Part shown: piece by piece, positions 10,715-23,027 of the stretch
Layout: every line of letters begins with the position of its first letter
Position numbering within the stretch: the stretch's first letter is position 1
NCBI RefSeq assembly: GCF_028368995.1
Contig: NZ_JAQNDL010000003.1
Span: forward strand, 1,312,001-1,376,000
Length of the DNA stretch: 64,000 nt
From: Nannocystis bainbridge
GTDB lineage: Bacteria; Myxococcota_A; Polyangia; Nannocystales; Nannocystaceae
Direction of reading: 5' to 3'
Made by a program: the position numbers and the translations under genes
Notes under the pieces: model-generated
The model's input: only the letters and a program-made list of their open reading frames with translations
Told to the model about the DNA's origin: nothing
Databases searched by the model: none

Positions 10715-12735
10715 GCGACGCCCTCGCCGCTGCCCAGCGGGAGCTCGAGGAGCTGCGCCTCCGCCTCGCCGAGGCCCAGGAGACCATCCGCGCGATCCAG
10801 GGCGGCGAGGTCGACGCCCTCGTCGTCAGCGACGAAGAGTCGCCGCGGGTGCTCACGCTCGACGCCGCCGACAAGCCGTACCGCCTGCTCGTCGAGCAGA
10901 TGCACCACGGCGCCGCCGCGCTGACGATCGAGGGCGTCGTGCTGGCCTGCAACCCGGCGTTCACGCGGCTGCTGCGGAGCGAGCCGGCCGCGGTGCTGGA
11001 CCTGCCGCTGCAGCAGCACATCGACCCGCCGGGCCTGCCGGTGTTCGAGGCGCTGCTGCGCGACGGCCTGGCCGCGAGCGCCGAGAGCGAGGTCATGCTG
11101 CGCCGCGGCGACGGCGAGCGCATGCCGATCGTCCTCGGCGTGCGGGCGCTGCACGAGGGCGTCGCCGGCGTGTGCCTGCTGGTCGTCGACCTCAGCGAGC
11201 CGAAGCGACGCGAGCGGCTGATCGCCGACGAGGCGACCGCGCGGGCGATCCTCGAGCAGGTCGCCGACGCCGTGGTCGTGTGTGACAACGAGGGCACCGT
11301 CCTGCGCGCCAGCCGGGCCGCGCACGACCTGTGCGGCACCAACCCGCTGTTCCAGCGGTTCGACCGCGTGTTCTCGCTGACCCGCCACGACGAGCCCGGC
11401 GCGCTCGTCGACCTGACCGCCGCGTGGCGCGGCGAGCCGCTGCGCGGCCTCGAGGTCCGCTGGGACCGCCCCGGGGGCAAGCGCGCCGAGCTGATGCTGG
11501 GCGCCGGCCCGCTGGTCGTCGCCGGCGGCGAGCGGCTCGGCGTCGTCATCACCCTGACCGACATCACCTCGTTGCGCGAGGCCGAGGACGAGCTGCGCCG
11601 CCGCGCCAGCGAGCTCCAGGCCTCAGACCGCCGCAAGGACGAGTTCCTGGCGATGCTGGCCCACGAGCTGCGCAACCCGCTGTCGCCGATCCAGTCGTCG
11701 CTCGAGATCATGAGCCTGCAGGCGCTCGACGACCCGCTGACCAACCAGTGTCGCGAGGTCATCGAGCGCCAGGTCCAGCAGCTGACGCGGCTGGTCGACG
11801 ACCTGCTCGAGGTGTCGCGCATCAACACCGGCAAGATCCAGCTGCAGATCGAGCGCATCGACCTCGGCGCGACGGTGCAGCGCGGCATCGAGACCAGCCG
11901 CCCGGCCGTCGACGCCAAGCAGCACCGGCTGCAGTTCGTCGGCCCGCCCGAGCCGGTGTGGGTCCGCGCCGACGCCACGCGGATCGCCCAGGTGATCGGC
12001 AACCTCGTCAACAACGCCGCCAAGTACACCGAGAACGGCGGCGAGATCGCCGTGCGCCTCGAGAGCGAGCGCGGCCACGCCGTCGTCCGCGTGCGCGACA
12101 GCGGGATCGGCATCCCGCAGGAGATGCTGGGCGAGGTGTTCGACCTCTTCACGCAGGTCCACCGCTCGCTCGACCGCTCGCAGGGCGGCCTCGGCATCGG
12201 CCTGGCGCTGGTCAAGCGGCTCGTCACCATCCACGGCGGGCAGGTCGAGGCCCACAGCGACGGCGCCGGGCTCGGCAGCGAGTTCGTGATCCGCCTGCCG
12301 CAGGGGGAGAGCGAGCGCGCCGCGCCCGAGCCGCCGCGCGCCGACAAGGCCGGCTCCTCCGGGCCGAGCCTGCGCGTGCTCGTCATCGACGACAACCGCG
12401 ACGCCGCCGAGCTGCTGGCGGCCCTGCTCGGCATGCTCGGCCACAAGGTCGAGACCGCCGGCGACGGCCCGTCCGGCATCGCCGCGGCGCTGTCGTTCTT
12501 GCCGCAGCTGGTGCTGTGCGACATCGGCCTGCCGCTGCTCGACGGCTACGGCGTGGTCGCCGACCTGCGCCACCGCCCCGAGTTCGCCGCCACCCGCTTC
12601 ATCGCCCTCACCGGCTACGGCCGCGCGGAGGACCGCCAGCGCTCGCAGGCCAGCGGCTTCCACGCCCACCTGATCAAGCCGGTCGGCCTCGCCAAGCTCA
12701 AGTCGCTGCTGCGCCCGCCGCAGGACGAGACCTGA
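10711..12735 (+). CDS. Kai-associated PAS-PAS hybrid histidine kinase with C-terminal REC
   Basis: N-terminal LAEAQETIRAIQGGEVDALVV segment typical of kinases downstream of non-cyanobacterial kaiB; two PAS; AHELRNPL; NAAKYT; REC. Confidence 0.92.
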   Translation: MSDALAAAQRELEELRLRLAEAQETIRAIQGGEVDALVVSDEESPRVLTLDAADKPYRLLVEQMHHGAAALTIEGVVLACNPAFTRLLRSEPAAVLDLPLQQHIDPPGLPVFEALLRDGLAASAESEVMLRRGDGERMPIVLGVRALHEGVAGVCLLVVDLSEPKRRERLIADEATARAILEQVADAVVVCDNEGTVLRASRAAHDLCGTNPLFQRFDRVFSLTRHDEPGALVDLTAAWRGEPLRGLEVRWDRPGGKRAELMLGAGPLVVAGGERLGVVITLTDITSLREAEDELRRRASELQASDRRKDEFLAMLAHELRNPLSPIQSSLEIMSLQALDDPLTNQCREVIERQVQQLTRLVDDLLEVSRINTGKIQLQIERIDLGATVQRGIETSRPAVDAKQHRLQFVGPPEPVWVRADATRIAQVIGNLVNNAAKYTENGGEIAVRLESERGHAVVRVRDSGIGIPQEMLGEVFDLFTQVHRSLDRSQGGLGIGLALVKRLVTIHGGQVEAHSDGAGLGSEFVIRLPQGESERAAPEPPRADKAGSSGPSLRVLVIDDNRDAAELLAALLGMLGHKVETAGDGPSGIAAALSFLPQLVLCDIGLPLLDGYGVVADLRHRPEFAATRFIALTGYGRAEDRQRSQASGFHAHLIKPVGLAKLKSLLRPPQDET

Positions 12736-12769
12736 CCCGCCGGGCAGCCTCACGTCTTTCGTGAAGGGC

Positions 12770-12909
12770 TGTCCGTGAGGACATGGCCGGAGAGACACCC
12801 GAGGATGTCCTCTCGATCATGTCCTCAAAGCCATGCATGACCTTCCCGGCGCCGGTACTGCCCGTCCCGAGCGACACAATCTGGCCCTCCAAACATGTCC
12901 TCGAGGACA
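12770..12909. repeat. Cluster of TGTC-N6-GACA palindromes between convergent genes
   Basis: Perfect copies at 12770 and 12896; 1-mismatch copy chained at 12784. Confidence 0.75.
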
Positions 12910-12977
12910 GATTAAAATCACGCCGGCTGTCGGGTTCGCCCGGCTGGCGGGTCCAGGCACGCCCTCGACCCGCCTCG

Positions 12978-13973
12978 TCACGCCGGCGCGGGCGCGAGCG
13001 GCAGGCCGATCGCCAGCGTCGTCCCGCCGCCGCTCGGCGATGGTTCGTGCCACAGCCGGCCTCCGTGGGCCTCGACGATGCTGCGGGCCACGAACAGCTC
13101 CGTCGTCGTCCGCCGGCGCGCCAGCGACGGGCGGCCGAGGTCCGCGATCACGTCGCTGACGCGGAGCACCACCTCCGCGCCCACCACCTCGCCGCGCAGC
13201 ACCACCGCGCGCTCCGCCACCGCGGCCCGCAGCGCCGACTGCAGCGCGCTGGTCAGAGCCCGCACCAGGCGCTCGTGGTCGCCCAGCAGCCACGCCTCGC
13301 CCACCTGCAGCGTTTGCTCGATCCGGACCTTGCGCGCCGAACCCGAGGCCTCGCTGCGGGTGACCGCCTCTGCCACCAGCTCGCCCACCGGCAGCGGATA
13401 GCGCTCGAGCAGCTCCGGACTCCCGCGCAGGTCCGCCACCTCGTGCAGCCCGCGCGTCACGTCCTGCAGCCGCTGCGACGCGCTCTGCAGCATCTCCGTC
13501 ACCATCTCCTGCTCCGGCGAACCGCCGCCGAGCCCCCCCAGGTAATCGCGGCACAGGCAGATGTTCATCAGCGGGTTGCTGATGTCGTGCGCCAGCATCT
13601 CCAGCAGCTGCGCCTCGCGCTCGCGCAGCAGCGCCGCCATGCTCGCCGCGTACTGGCGGTCCAGCACCTCGTGGAGCGCCTCGCCGACCTCGCCCTCGCG
13701 ATCGGCCGGTTCGAGGTGGCCGGCGACGTCCCGGCGCAGCGCCGCGAACTCGCGCGCGAGCGCCTCGGGCCCGGCGTCCTCGCGCGCGCGGCTGGCCCCG
13801 TGCCCGGTCGCCGCGTCGGCGCTGGCCGTCGTGTCGGTCGTCTCCAGCAGCTCGGCCAGCTCCTCGACCAGCAGCTCGGCGCCCTCGAACAGCGTCACGA
13901 ACGCGGGCAAGCGCTCGCGCAGGCGCTGGGCGGCGTGCGCTCGGGACGAGGGTGGAGACCGCCGGGCCGGCAT
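12978..13973 (-). CDS. Histidine kinase-like protein with intact H-box and degenerate ATPase domain
   Basis: LAHDISNPL; GDHERLVRAL; ARSIVEAHGGRL; no N-box Asn and no DxGxG or GxGLG. Confidence 0.75.
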   Translation of the reverse strand: MPARRSPPSSRAHAAQRLRERLPAFVTLFEGAELLVEELAELLETTDTTASADAATGHGASRAREDAGPEALAREFAALRRDVAGHLEPADREGEVGEALHEVLDRQYAASMAALLREREAQLLEMLAHDISNPLMNICLCRDYLGGLGGGSPEQEMVTEMLQSASQRLQDVTRGLHEVADLRGSPELLERYPLPVGELVAEAVTRSEASGSARKVRIEQTLQVGEAWLLGDHERLVRALTSALQSALRAAVAERAVVLRGEVVGAEVVLRVSDVIADLGRPSLARRRTTTELFVARSIVEAHGGRLWHEPSPSGGGTTLAIGLPLAPAPA

Positions 13974-14235
13974 CGTCGGCCGCGGAATATGGCACAGAGG
14001 CCCGCGGCGCGTGAAGCTCCGCCCCGCCGTCCGCGCCGCGCGACGCCTGGGAATTCCCCGACGAAAGCGGCGCTGTACGGGTGATTTTCGCCCCTGCGCA
14101 GCAGGTTCGTCGCCGACTCACGCCGCGCGCCGCGACGCCCTCCTGCGCGACCGCTCGCCCCCGTCTTCACCCGACGCCCGGGCCGCGCCCGCGCGGCCCG
14201 CGAGGCCTCGATCCTCGGGAGCGCCGCGCCTCTCC

Positions 14236-14403
14236 TGTCTTTGCAGACAGCCTCCTCCGAGGTCCCCGCGACCCTGACGCCCGCGGCCCGCCCCCCGGCG
14301 AACATGTCCGCGAGGACAGCCTCACCGGTCCCTGCGTGAATCCCCGTCCCGCATCCCACCTGTCCCCGAGGACATCCGCCTCCGTGACCTGTCCCCGAGG
14401 ACA
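14236..14403. repeat. Four TGTC-N6-GACA palindromes
   Basis: Copies at 14236, 14305, 14361 and 14390; the last two are identical (ACCTGTCCCCGAGGACATCCG). Confidence 0.8.
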
Positions 14404-14429
14404 TCCGGCGGCGCTCGACCTCGCTGGGC

Positions 14430-15047
14430 TCACTCCACGCCGCTGTCGTCCCGCAGCAAGTCGGCGTCCGGATCGGGTCGCAGCTCGAGCGGCACCCCGA
14501 GCAGCGCCGCCAGCTTCGCCGCCGCCGCCTGTGCCGCCGCCTCGCGGATCGGCTCGGCCAGAGGATCGAGGTCCAGCGACCCGACCCGCAGCGTGCGCGC
14601 GTGCGTACGCACCTTCAGCTCGAGCCAGCGCGGCGCGCCGCGCTTCATCTTCGCCCGCGCCGGGCGGGCCTCCAGCGCCTGCAGCCCGAACGCCGGCTCG
14701 CTGTGCCGACGCGCGGCGGCCTGGAACTCGAGCGTCACCTCGCCGCGCACTGCCACGATTCGCAGCGGAGCCTCGAGCAGGAAGCAGTAGAGCACCACCC
14801 GCAGGCAGATGTAGAGCGGCAGCAGGAACGACACGCCCTTCAGCGCGTTCGCCAGGGCCATCTCGCGGTACAGCAGCACCCCGAAGATGAGCACCTGGAG
14901 CGCGGCGATCGTCACCACCGCCAGCCACAGCCCGACGCGGCGCCGCCAGTCCGCCGCCGTCCGCCGCCGCGACAGCACCAGCCGCGTCCCGTCGTCGACC
15001 TCGACCGTGAAGGGCCGGAACGGGTCCTCGATCACCGCCTCGGGCAC
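14430..15047 (-). CDS. Hypothetical membrane protein (2 TM)
   Basis: Hydrophobic segments VGLWLAVVTIAALQVLIFGVLL and VSFLLPLYICLRVVLYCFLL; GTG start is inferred. Confidence 0.6.
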   Translation of the reverse strand: MPEAVIEDPFRPFTVEVDDGTRLVLSRRRTAADWRRRVGLWLAVVTIAALQVLIFGVLLYREMALANALKGVSFLLPLYICLRVVLYCFLLEAPLRIVAVRGEVTLEFQAAARRHSEPAFGLQALEARPARAKMKRGAPRWLELKVRTHARTLRVGSLDLDPLAEPIREAAAQAAAAKLAALLGVPLELRPDPDADLLRDDSGVE

Positions 15048-15626
15048 GATTTCCAACCATACCGCAGTCGAGCTCGCCGCCACCACCCGCCCGACTCGCG
15101 GGTTCGCGCGTGCGCTCGACGAAGCGTCGGGCGAGCCCGACCTGCGAGGGCGTGAGCTCGGCCTCACGCGCCGTCGCCGACGCCCGCACCGACGAGCTTG
15201 CGCGCCCGCCCGTGCGGCGGACGTGCCGTCACGCGCCGCCCTCGCCGCGCGCGTCCCGCTCGCGCCCGGCTCGGCCAGGCGCTGCGAGCCCGACCTCTGG
15301 CAGCGCCTCGACCGAGCTGGGGCCGGCCAGCTCGCTAGCCAGGCCGCAGGCTCGCCCGCGTCGGAGATCCCCCGCTCGAGCTCGCCTTGAGGTCGGCCCG
15401 CCGCGATTGTGCCAGTGCCCCCAGCGGCTGACCTTTCGGACATCTCGCGCTCCCTTCGCCGCTGCGCGTCATGACCGACCTCAGCCATGTACCTGCATGT
15501 GACCCGGCGAATACGAACTGTGGTTCGCCGGAGCCGCTGCGACAGCGGCACGCGTGTATGCCACACACGGTGCGGCAGGCGCTGATATTGCGGCGCGGCC
15601 CCGGAGCGAGGACACTGTCACTCGGC

Positions 15627-17168
<1,542 letters not shown>

Positions 17169-17171
17169 GCA

Positions 17172-17229
17172 TGTCCCGAAGGACATGCTGCGCCGGGCCG
17201 CCTTGACGACATGTCCCTCGGGACATGTC
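17172..17229. repeat. Two TGTC-N6-GACA palindromes between convergent genes
   Basis: CATGTCCCGAAGGACATG (17170) and GACATGTCCCTCGGGACATGTC (17208). Confidence 0.8.
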
Positions 17230-17237
17230 TGCCGAAT

Positions 17238-19064
17238 CTACGGCTCGAGCTCGCCCCAGCGGACGATCGTGCCGTCCTCCGAGGCGCTCCACAGCGCGCC
17301 GTCGGCCCACCGTAGATCCAGCACCTGATCGGTGTGTCGGTGGAGCACCGCGACCTGCTCGCCGCCGGGCACCCGGTGCTGCGTGATCTGGCCCCACTCG
17401 TGGCCGACGAACAGCCACTCGCGCGTGAGCAGCAGGCTGCACGCGTGGCTGGGCCCGCTCGGGAGCTCGGGCAGCGCCTCGACCACCGCCCCGGTCGCCA
17501 CGCGGATCAGCCGGATCTCCGGGTACCCTGCCACCGCCACGAACGCCCCCTCGGGGCTGATGGCGATCGCGCCGCCTCGCTCGATCTGCAACGACAGCGT
17601 CGGCTTCGCCTTGGCCAGGCCGACCACCGCCAGCGCCTCGCCGATCAGCACCGCCGCCACCTCGTCGGCCAGCGCCAGCCGCGGCCAGTCACCCTTCGCC
17701 TTGAACGTCTTCCCCTTCGCAGCTCCGAACGCGCGCCACTGGGCGTGGCAGGTCGGATCGCTGCGCGGGTTGGACGGCCGCGTGTGCGACAGGACGCCCC
17801 ACGTCGCGTCGTTCGGCGCCAGCGCCAGCCCGTCGGCGCAGCGCTGGACCTCGATCGTCTCGAGCTTCTCTCCCTCGGCGTCGAGCACCGCCACCGCCAC
17901 CGCCGCCCCGTCGTGGAGCACCACCATCCGCTGGCGGTCGCGCGTGCGCACCACATCGTGGACCTGCACGTGCGTCAGCATCCGCGTCGCTCCGCTCGCT
18001 AGCTCGATCTCCACCACCGAATCGAGGTAGTTCAGCGACTGCGTCAGGTGGGCCGTGACCGCCCCCTCGTACACGATCACCCGCCGCAGGCCGCGGCTGA
18101 AGCCCGTCACTCTGGCGAGTGGTTGCTCCGGGCGATCGATCGCCCAGATCGCCACGCTCGCGTCGATGCAGTCGATCGCCGCCACGTGGCTCGCGCTGGC
18201 GGCCGCCCCCTGCCCGCGCCAGCCCGGCTGCTGCCCGATCGTGCCTGGTTGCCGGGCGGTGAAGATCGCCCGCTCCGCCGCCACCTCCCACACCACCACC
18301 TCGCCGAGGCTGTCATGGAAGGTCACGCGGCTGCGATCGTGCGCCACCGTCCCGGGGCCCGAGCCGATCGACAGATCGCGGAGGTGGACGAATTTGCCGT
18401 CGACGAGCCCGGCCCGCTCGCCGCGCGTCCCGATCATCCCGCCGTCGTCCGTCACCAGCAGCGGGTTCGGGCCGATGAAGAACGGGCTGTCCTCGCGCGG
18501 CTCGATACGCCCGTCGGCATGCACGATCAGCAGGTGATTGCTGCTCATATAGACCGCGCCGTCGCGGCGGACCGCCAGCGCCCCCCTCGCCTCCGGCGGC
18601 AGCTCGATCTCGCCGAGCACCGCCCCGGTGAGCGTATCGACGCGAAAGAGCGTCGCCGGCCGACCCGGTCGATAGCCGACGAGCTGCGCCCCGTCGGGCG
18701 TCAGCGCCCCGTTGAACTGAAACCCCGGAATCGGCGCCGGCACCAGCCCGACCACGCGGCCCGACGCCGGCCACACGCGCACCACGGCGCGGCCTCCCGG
18801 CTCGCGCACCGCCGCCACCACCGATTCCCCGTCGGGGTGGGCCACCATCCATTCGACCCCGCCGATGGCGGGGATGCTCGCGCGTGGCGGCATCGGCGAC
18901 GCCGGATCGTGGAGCGTCAGCCCGTGGCTCGCGCCGACCACCAGCGACCCGTCGGCCAGGAACGCCAGCGCGTGCGGCTTGCCGGCGAAGATCCGCAGCG
19001 CCGGCCCGCGCGGGGCAGCAGCAAAATGCACGATGGGAGCGGCGAGACGGGGGGTCCAGGTCAT
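17238..19064 (-). CDS. WD40/beta-propeller repeat protein
   Basis: C-terminal HTDQVLDLRW...SASEDGTIVRW WD40 repeat; repeated SPDG/TPDG-like blades. Confidence 0.75.
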   Translation of the reverse strand: MTWTPRLAAPIVHFAAAPRGPALRIFAGKPHALAFLADGSLVVGASHGLTLHDPASPMPPRASIPAIGGVEWMVAHPDGESVVAAVREPGGRAVVRVWPASGRVVGLVPAPIPGFQFNGALTPDGAQLVGYRPGRPATLFRVDTLTGAVLGEIELPPEARGALAVRRDGAVYMSSNHLLIVHADGRIEPREDSPFFIGPNPLLVTDDGGMIGTRGERAGLVDGKFVHLRDLSIGSGPGTVAHDRSRVTFHDSLGEVVVWEVAAERAIFTARQPGTIGQQPGWRGQGAAASASHVAAIDCIDASVAIWAIDRPEQPLARVTGFSRGLRRVIVYEGAVTAHLTQSLNYLDSVVEIELASGATRMLTHVQVHDVVRTRDRQRMVVLHDGAAVAVAVLDAEGEKLETIEVQRCADGLALAPNDATWGVLSHTRPSNPRSDPTCHAQWRAFGAAKGKTFKAKGDWPRLALADEVAAVLIGEALAVVGLAKAKPTLSLQIERGGAIAISPEGAFVAVAGYPEIRLIRVATGAVVEALPELPSGPSHACSLLLTREWLFVGHEWGQITQHRVPGGEQVAVLHRHTDQVLDLRWADGALWSASEDGTIVRWGELEP

Positions 19065-19346
19065 GGGGAGGTGCCCGAGAATAACCGTGTGCGCCTTGTC
19101 GCGGTTCACGATCGTCCATCGCCGCGATCGATGGCGCCCCGGGTGGCACTCCTCCTGCGTGACCCCGACGCCGCGCGAACGCGTGCTTTGGCGCGTGACG
19201 GAGATCCACCGTCACGCGCCCGCGTACGGCGTCCGACCGTCGAGGGGCGACCGCGACGTGCGGATCGCTCCTGGGTTGCTACGCTGCGCCCCCATCCGAT
19301 CGGTCGATATCACCGCCCCGGATGACTTGCCGATACCTCGGAGAAA

Positions 19347-20267
19347 ATGATGCATAAGCCTGCTCGAATCCTCACCCTGTTGTGCGCCGCGCTGCTCGGC
19401 GGCTGCTCGGATCCCGGCGCCGGCGTCACTGCGGCCCCCAGCACCGACGATCCGTCGACCTCGACCGACTCCACCGGTTCGACCACCGTCGCGCCCACCA
19501 CCGGCGAGCCCACCACCGGCACCACCACTGGCACCACCACCGGCACCAGCACCACCAGCGACGACGCCACGACCAGCGTGACCGACGGCGAGGAGGCGAT
19601 GTGCGACGTGTGGCAGCAGGACTGCCCGGACGGCTACAAGTGCATGGCCTACGCGCCCGAGGGTGAGCCCGCGTTCGTCGGCAACAAGTGTACCCCCGTG
19701 ATCCAGAACCCCGGCAAGGTCGGTGATCCCTGCATCGTCGAGGACGGCTGGTGGACCGGCGTCGACGACTGCGACTACGGCCTCGCCTGCTGGAACATCA
19801 ACCACGACGACAACACCGGCCAGTGTGTCGCCCTGTGTTCCGGCACCGAGGACTCCTACGATTGCCCGGGCTCGGCCGACATCTGCGTGTTCTGGGTCCC
19901 CGGCATCGCCCACGTGTGCCTGCAGGGCTGCGACCCGCTGCTGCAGGACTGCCCGGACGCCCAGGGCTGCTTACCCGACTGGGCCAGCGGCGGCCAGCAA
20001 TTCGTGTGCCTCGCCGAATACTCGTTCGAGGAGGGCCAGGAGTTCGACCCCTGCCAGTTCAGCAACGTGTGCGACCCGGGCCTCCTGTGCTGGGGCTCGG
20101 ACTCGGCGCTCGAGTGCGACCAGGACATCGGCGGCTGCTGCCTCTCGTTCTGCGACATCACCGATCCGCAGTGCACCGGCGAGGGCGCCGAGTGCGTGTC
20201 CTTCTACGAGGGCCGCGAGGTGCCGCCGGCCTTCGCCGACGTCGGGATCTGCGTGCTCCCCGGCTGA
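19347..20267 (+). CDS. Myxobacterial Cys-rich lipoprotein with Thr/Ser linker
   Basis: Lipobox LGGC; Thr-rich stalk; CDVWQQDCPDGYKC, CDPLLQDC and GCCLSFCD motifs. Confidence 0.85.
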   Translation: MMHKPARILTLLCAALLGGCSDPGAGVTAAPSTDDPSTSTDSTGSTTVAPTTGEPTTGTTTGTTTGTSTTSDDATTSVTDGEEAMCDVWQQDCPDGYKCMAYAPEGEPAFVGNKCTPVIQNPGKVGDPCIVEDGWWTGVDDCDYGLACWNINHDDNTGQCVALCSGTEDSYDCPGSADICVFWVPGIAHVCLQGCDPLLQDCPDAQGCLPDWASGGQQFVCLAEYSFEEGQEFDPCQFSNVCDPGLLCWGSDSALECDQDIGGCCLSFCDITDPQCTGEGAECVSFYEGREVPPAFADVGICVLPG

Positions 20268-20299
20268 ACCAACGCGCCGGCTCTCGCTTGAGCCTCGGA

Positions 20300-20388
20300 T
20301 GTCCCTTTCGCCATGTGCGAAGGGACATCCGAGACACGACCCGGATCCAATCCATCGAGATGCCCCCGAGGACAGGTCCACGCGGACG
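20300..20388. repeat. Chained degenerate TGTC-N6-GACA units between convergent genes
   Basis: TGTCcctttcGCCA-TGTGcgaaggGACA and TGCCcccgagGACA-GGTCcacgcgGACG, each pair at a 14-bp period. Confidence 0.6.
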
Positions 20389-20406
20389 TTTCAATCAACG
20401 CCCGCG

Positions 20407-21738
20407 TCAGTGCTCATGATGAAGATACGCCGCCTGCCGCGGCAGCCGCAGGCTCACCAAGAACGCGAGCGCCGCCATCGCGCTCACGTACCAGAAGAAC
20501 GCCGACTCGTGGCCCGCCGCCTTGAGCGCGAGCGCCACGTACTCGGCGGTCCCGCCGAAGATCGCGTTGGCCACCGCGTAGGCCAGCCCGACCCCGAGCG
20601 CCCGCACCTCGGCCGGGAACATCTCCGCCTTGACGATCCCGCTGATCGACGTGTACGCGCTGACGATCGCCAGCGCCGCCACCACCAGCACGAACGCCAG
20701 CGCCGGGCTGCTCACGTGCTGCAGCGCCGTCAAGATCGGCACCGTGAAGATCGCCCCCAGGCCGCCGAACAGCAGCATGTTGGTGCGTCGGCCGATCCGG
20801 TCCGACAGCGCCCCGAACAGCGGCTGCATACACATGCACAGGAACAGCGCCGCGGTCATCACGTAGCTCGCCGTCTTGATCGGCAGGTGCACCGTGTTGA
20901 CCAGGTACTTCTGCATGTACGTGGTGAACGTGTAGAACATCAGCGAGCCGCCGGCGGTGTAGCCCAGCACCGTGAAGAACGCCGCCCCGTGGTGGCGCAG
21001 CAGCCCCGCCACGCTGCCGGCCTCGGCGTTCGTGCGGGCCTCCTCGCTCTGCGTCTCGTGCAGCCCGCGGCGCAGCAGCAGCGCGACCACGGCCGCCACC
21101 GCCCCGGCCGCGAACGGGATCCGCCAGCCCCACGCCTTGAGGTCGGCCTCGCTCAGCAGCAGCTCGAGCACCACGATCACCAGCACCGCCAGCAGCTGCC
21201 CGCCGATCAGCGTCACGTACTGGAACGACGAGAAGAACCCCCGCTGCCCGCGGAGCGCCACCTCGCTCATGTACGTCGCCGTGGTCCCGTACTCGCCGCC
21301 GACCGAGAGGCCCTGGAACAGCCGGCACGCCAGCAGCAGCAGCGGCGCCCAGCCGCCGATCTGCGCGTGCGTCGGCAGGCAGGCGATCACCAGCGAACCG
21401 GCGCACATCATCGTCACCGAGATCAGCATCGAGGTCTTGCGCCCGAGCCGATCGCCGATCCTTCCGAACAACCACCCGCCGAGCGGCCGCATCAAGAACC
21501 CGGCCGCGAACACCCCCGCGGTGTTCAGCAGCTGCGCCGTCGGGTCCGAATCGGGGAAGAACGCCGGCGCGAAGTACAGCGCCGAGAACGCGTACACGTA
21601 AAAATCGAACCACTCGACCAGGTTGCCCGACGACGCCGCCACGATCGCGAACACGCGGCGGCGCTTCTCCTCCGCGGTGTAGTGCGGGCTCGCGGCAGGG
21701 ACCGTCGGGGTCGCGGGGGTCGTGGGATCGTCGCGCAT
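20407..21738 (-). CDS. kgtP: MFS metabolite:H+ symporter, alpha-ketoglutarate permease-like
   Basis: [53 protein letters not shown]. Confidence 0.9.
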   Translation of the reverse strand: MRDDPTTPATPTVPAASPHYTAEEKRRRVFAIVAASSGNLVEWFDFYVYAFSALYFAPAFFPDSDPTAQLLNTAGVFAAGFLMRPLGGWLFGRIGDRLGRKTSMLISVTMMCAGSLVIACLPTHAQIGGWAPLLLLACRLFQGLSVGGEYGTTATYMSEVALRGQRGFFSSFQYVTLIGGQLLAVLVIVVLELLLSEADLKAWGWRIPFAAGAVAAVVALLLRRGLHETQSEEARTNAEAGSVAGLLRHHGAAFFTVLGYTAGGSLMFYTFTTYMQKYLVNTVHLPIKTASYVMTAALFLCMCMQPLFGALSDRIGRRTNMLLFGGLGAIFTVPILTALQHVSSPALAFVLVVAALAIVSAYTSISGIVKAEMFPAEVRALGVGLAYAVANAIFGGTAEYVALALKAAGHESAFFWYVSAMAALAFLVSLRLPRQAAYLHHEH

Positions 21739-22050
21739 GGTCCTCGCCCCGCAAGTGTTCGCCGAAAGCCCCCCACGCGCGCAACCTGCAATGCGCAGGT
21801 CGCTCGCCCGCCCTCGCCGCCGCCGTGGGGCCTCGTGCGGCCGCTGCAGCGCCGGCGCCGCTGGGGCAGCCCGAACCGCGGAGCCGCCCTGCGTCGTCGC
21901 CCGCCCGCTATCCCGCGAGCGCCGCACCGTGGGGCCCCTCCGCCGACGAGCCTCGCGCCTCCGTAGCACGCGACCGCCGACGATCGGCGAGGGCCACGCC
22001 GACCTCGCTGCGGTGTATCGCCGCAGCTCGCCGCGCCGAGTACCGCGAGC

Positions 22051-22950
22051 TCACCCGGCGCCGACGCGCTGATGAAACAGCTCCTCGAGGGCAGCCACCA
22101 CCGCGCGGATCCGCGGCACCTGCCGCAGCTCGCGGTGATACACCAGCCACACCGTCACCGACGGCAGCGGTTCCTCGATCTCGATCCGCACCACATTGTC
22201 GAGCTCGCGACCGACCACCTCCGCCATCATGGCGATCCCCTGCCCGCGCTCGGTCGCCTCGTGGATCGCCTGCATCGAGTTGGAGCGGAACGGGAAGTGC
22301 TTCGCCCCGCGCGCCACCAGCCACTCCTCCAATTCGCGCTGGCGCGGCATCGCCTGGCTGTGGCCGATGAAATCGTGGCGCTCGTAGTCGCCGGGGCGCA
22401 GGCGGGCCCCACGGAGCCGGCGCTCCACATACGCCTGCGACGCGAACAGCCCGAGGTGCAGCACGCCCAGGCGGCGCTCGATCAGCACCTGCGACTCGGT
22501 GCGAGTGGTGCGGAGCCCGATGTCCGCCTCGCGGCGGGCGAGGTCGGCCAGGCGCGACTCGGCCATCAGCTCGATGCACGTCTCCGGGTGCTTGCGGCGG
22601 AACTCGCACAGCCCCTGCGTCACCGCGCGCACGAACCCGTCGCCGACCGACAGCCGGACCGTGCCCGCCAGCTTCGAGCTGCGCCCGCCCGCGTCGCGCC
22701 GCACCGCCTGCAGCCCGTGCTCGAGCTCCTCCGCCAGCGCCACCAGCTGCAGCGCGTCCGGCTCGATCGACGTGCCCGCGCTGCTGCGGTGCACCAGCGT
22801 CCCCCCGAGCGCGGCCTCGAGCGCCTCGATGCGGCGCGCCACCGTCGAAGTCGAGGTGCCCAGGGCCCGCCCGGCCGCCAGGAAGCTGCCGTGGCGATGC
22901 ACCGCGAGCAACACGCGCAGGTCGTCCCAGGTCGTCGAGTCGATTTCCAT
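22051..22950 (-). CDS. LysR-family transcriptional regulator
   Basis: WDDLRVLLAV.RHGSF..AGRALG...STVARRIEALE HTH; ADLARREADIGLR. Confidence 0.93.
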   Translation of the reverse strand: MEIDSTTWDDLRVLLAVHRHGSFLAAGRALGTSTSTVARRIEALEAALGGTLVHRSSAGTSIEPDALQLVALAEELEHGLQAVRRDAGGRSSKLAGTVRLSVGDGFVRAVTQGLCEFRRKHPETCIELMAESRLADLARREADIGLRTTRTESQVLIERRLGVLHLGLFASQAYVERRLRGARLRPGDYERHDFIGHSQAMPRQRELEEWLVARGAKHFPFRSNSMQAIHEATERGQGIAMMAEVVGRELDNVVRIEIEEPLPSVTVWLVYHRELRQVPRIRAVVAALEELFHQRVGAG

Positions 22951-23027
22951 ATCCGGGAAACCGTTTAACAGAAATGTCCATCGCTGCGAAGCCGCAGCGC
23001 GCTCATCCTTCGCCGCGGGAGCCTCTC

